From Vicugna vicugna (taxonomy: Eukaryota), in contig MU061538.1 of the NCBI GenBank assembly GCA_013265495.1, forward strand, positions 870,001 through 934,000: DNA of 64,000 bases, read 5' to 3'. The notes beneath the pieces are model-generated. The model worked only from the letters and a program-made list of their open reading frames with translations. It had not been told where the DNA came from and did no database searches. The position numbers were made by a program, and so were the translations under genes. Shown here piece after piece: positions 63,645 to 64,000 of this stretch (position 1 is the stretch's first letter; every line of letters starts with the position of its first letter).

Positions 63645-64000
63645 GTCATTAATAAAATGGGAACAATAAAATGCCATAAATTTGAACATACACTCCTCTC
63701 CCATTATCACATTCCAGGGGAGGTTAAAGTACAAAAATTAAATCGCCTTGCAAGATTAAAATGCAAAGGTGAAAAAGTCCAAAGGAATCAAAACGTGCAA
63801 AAACAGGCAGAAATGAAAGGAGAAGAAGAAAATTTGCCAGTAAGAGCTGTCGATTTCACTTTCCCACTTTGAATGCCAAATAGACCATCCAGAGAGAAGG
63901 TCAACAAGGAAGAAAGCCCTCCATGCCACTCTCAGCCAACTTGACCTCACAGACGGTGGCGCACAGCCAGCACCCACAGCAGAACCCCCGCTCCTCCAGG

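Overview
Mammalian genomic DNA, probably from a camelid given the tRNA-Ala-derived Vic-1-type SINEs. The window holds the 5' part of UBE3C (HECT E3 ubiquitin ligase) on the minus strand. I located coding exons 2-16 by hand, each with valid splice sites, and they join into one uninterrupted frame of 2037 nt (679 codons). Exon 1 is not visible and most likely lies in a 532-nt N gap (60387-60918) inside the CpG-island promoter. The HECT-domain exons lie beyond the left edge. The introns contain L1 fragments (including a three-level nested cluster at about 51-56 kb), SINEs, MER53, MER20 and Tigger1-type DNA transposon remnants, and microsatellites; MLT1 LTRs occur in intron 1 and upstream of the promoter. 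Almost all ORFs in the supplied track are noise from GC-rich intron. I see no convincing new protein-coding system. The best leads are several repeat-free, homeodomain/Pbx-Hox-motif-rich intronic blocks (candidate long-range enhancers, possibly for neighbouring MNX1), a candidate poison exon and a candidate alternative N-terminal exon in intron 1, a GC-AG intron, and an internally amplified MER53 hairpin carrying a miR-1302-like sequence on the transcribed strand. Exon numbering, comparisons to human UBE3C and repeat family names are from memory, not from database searches.
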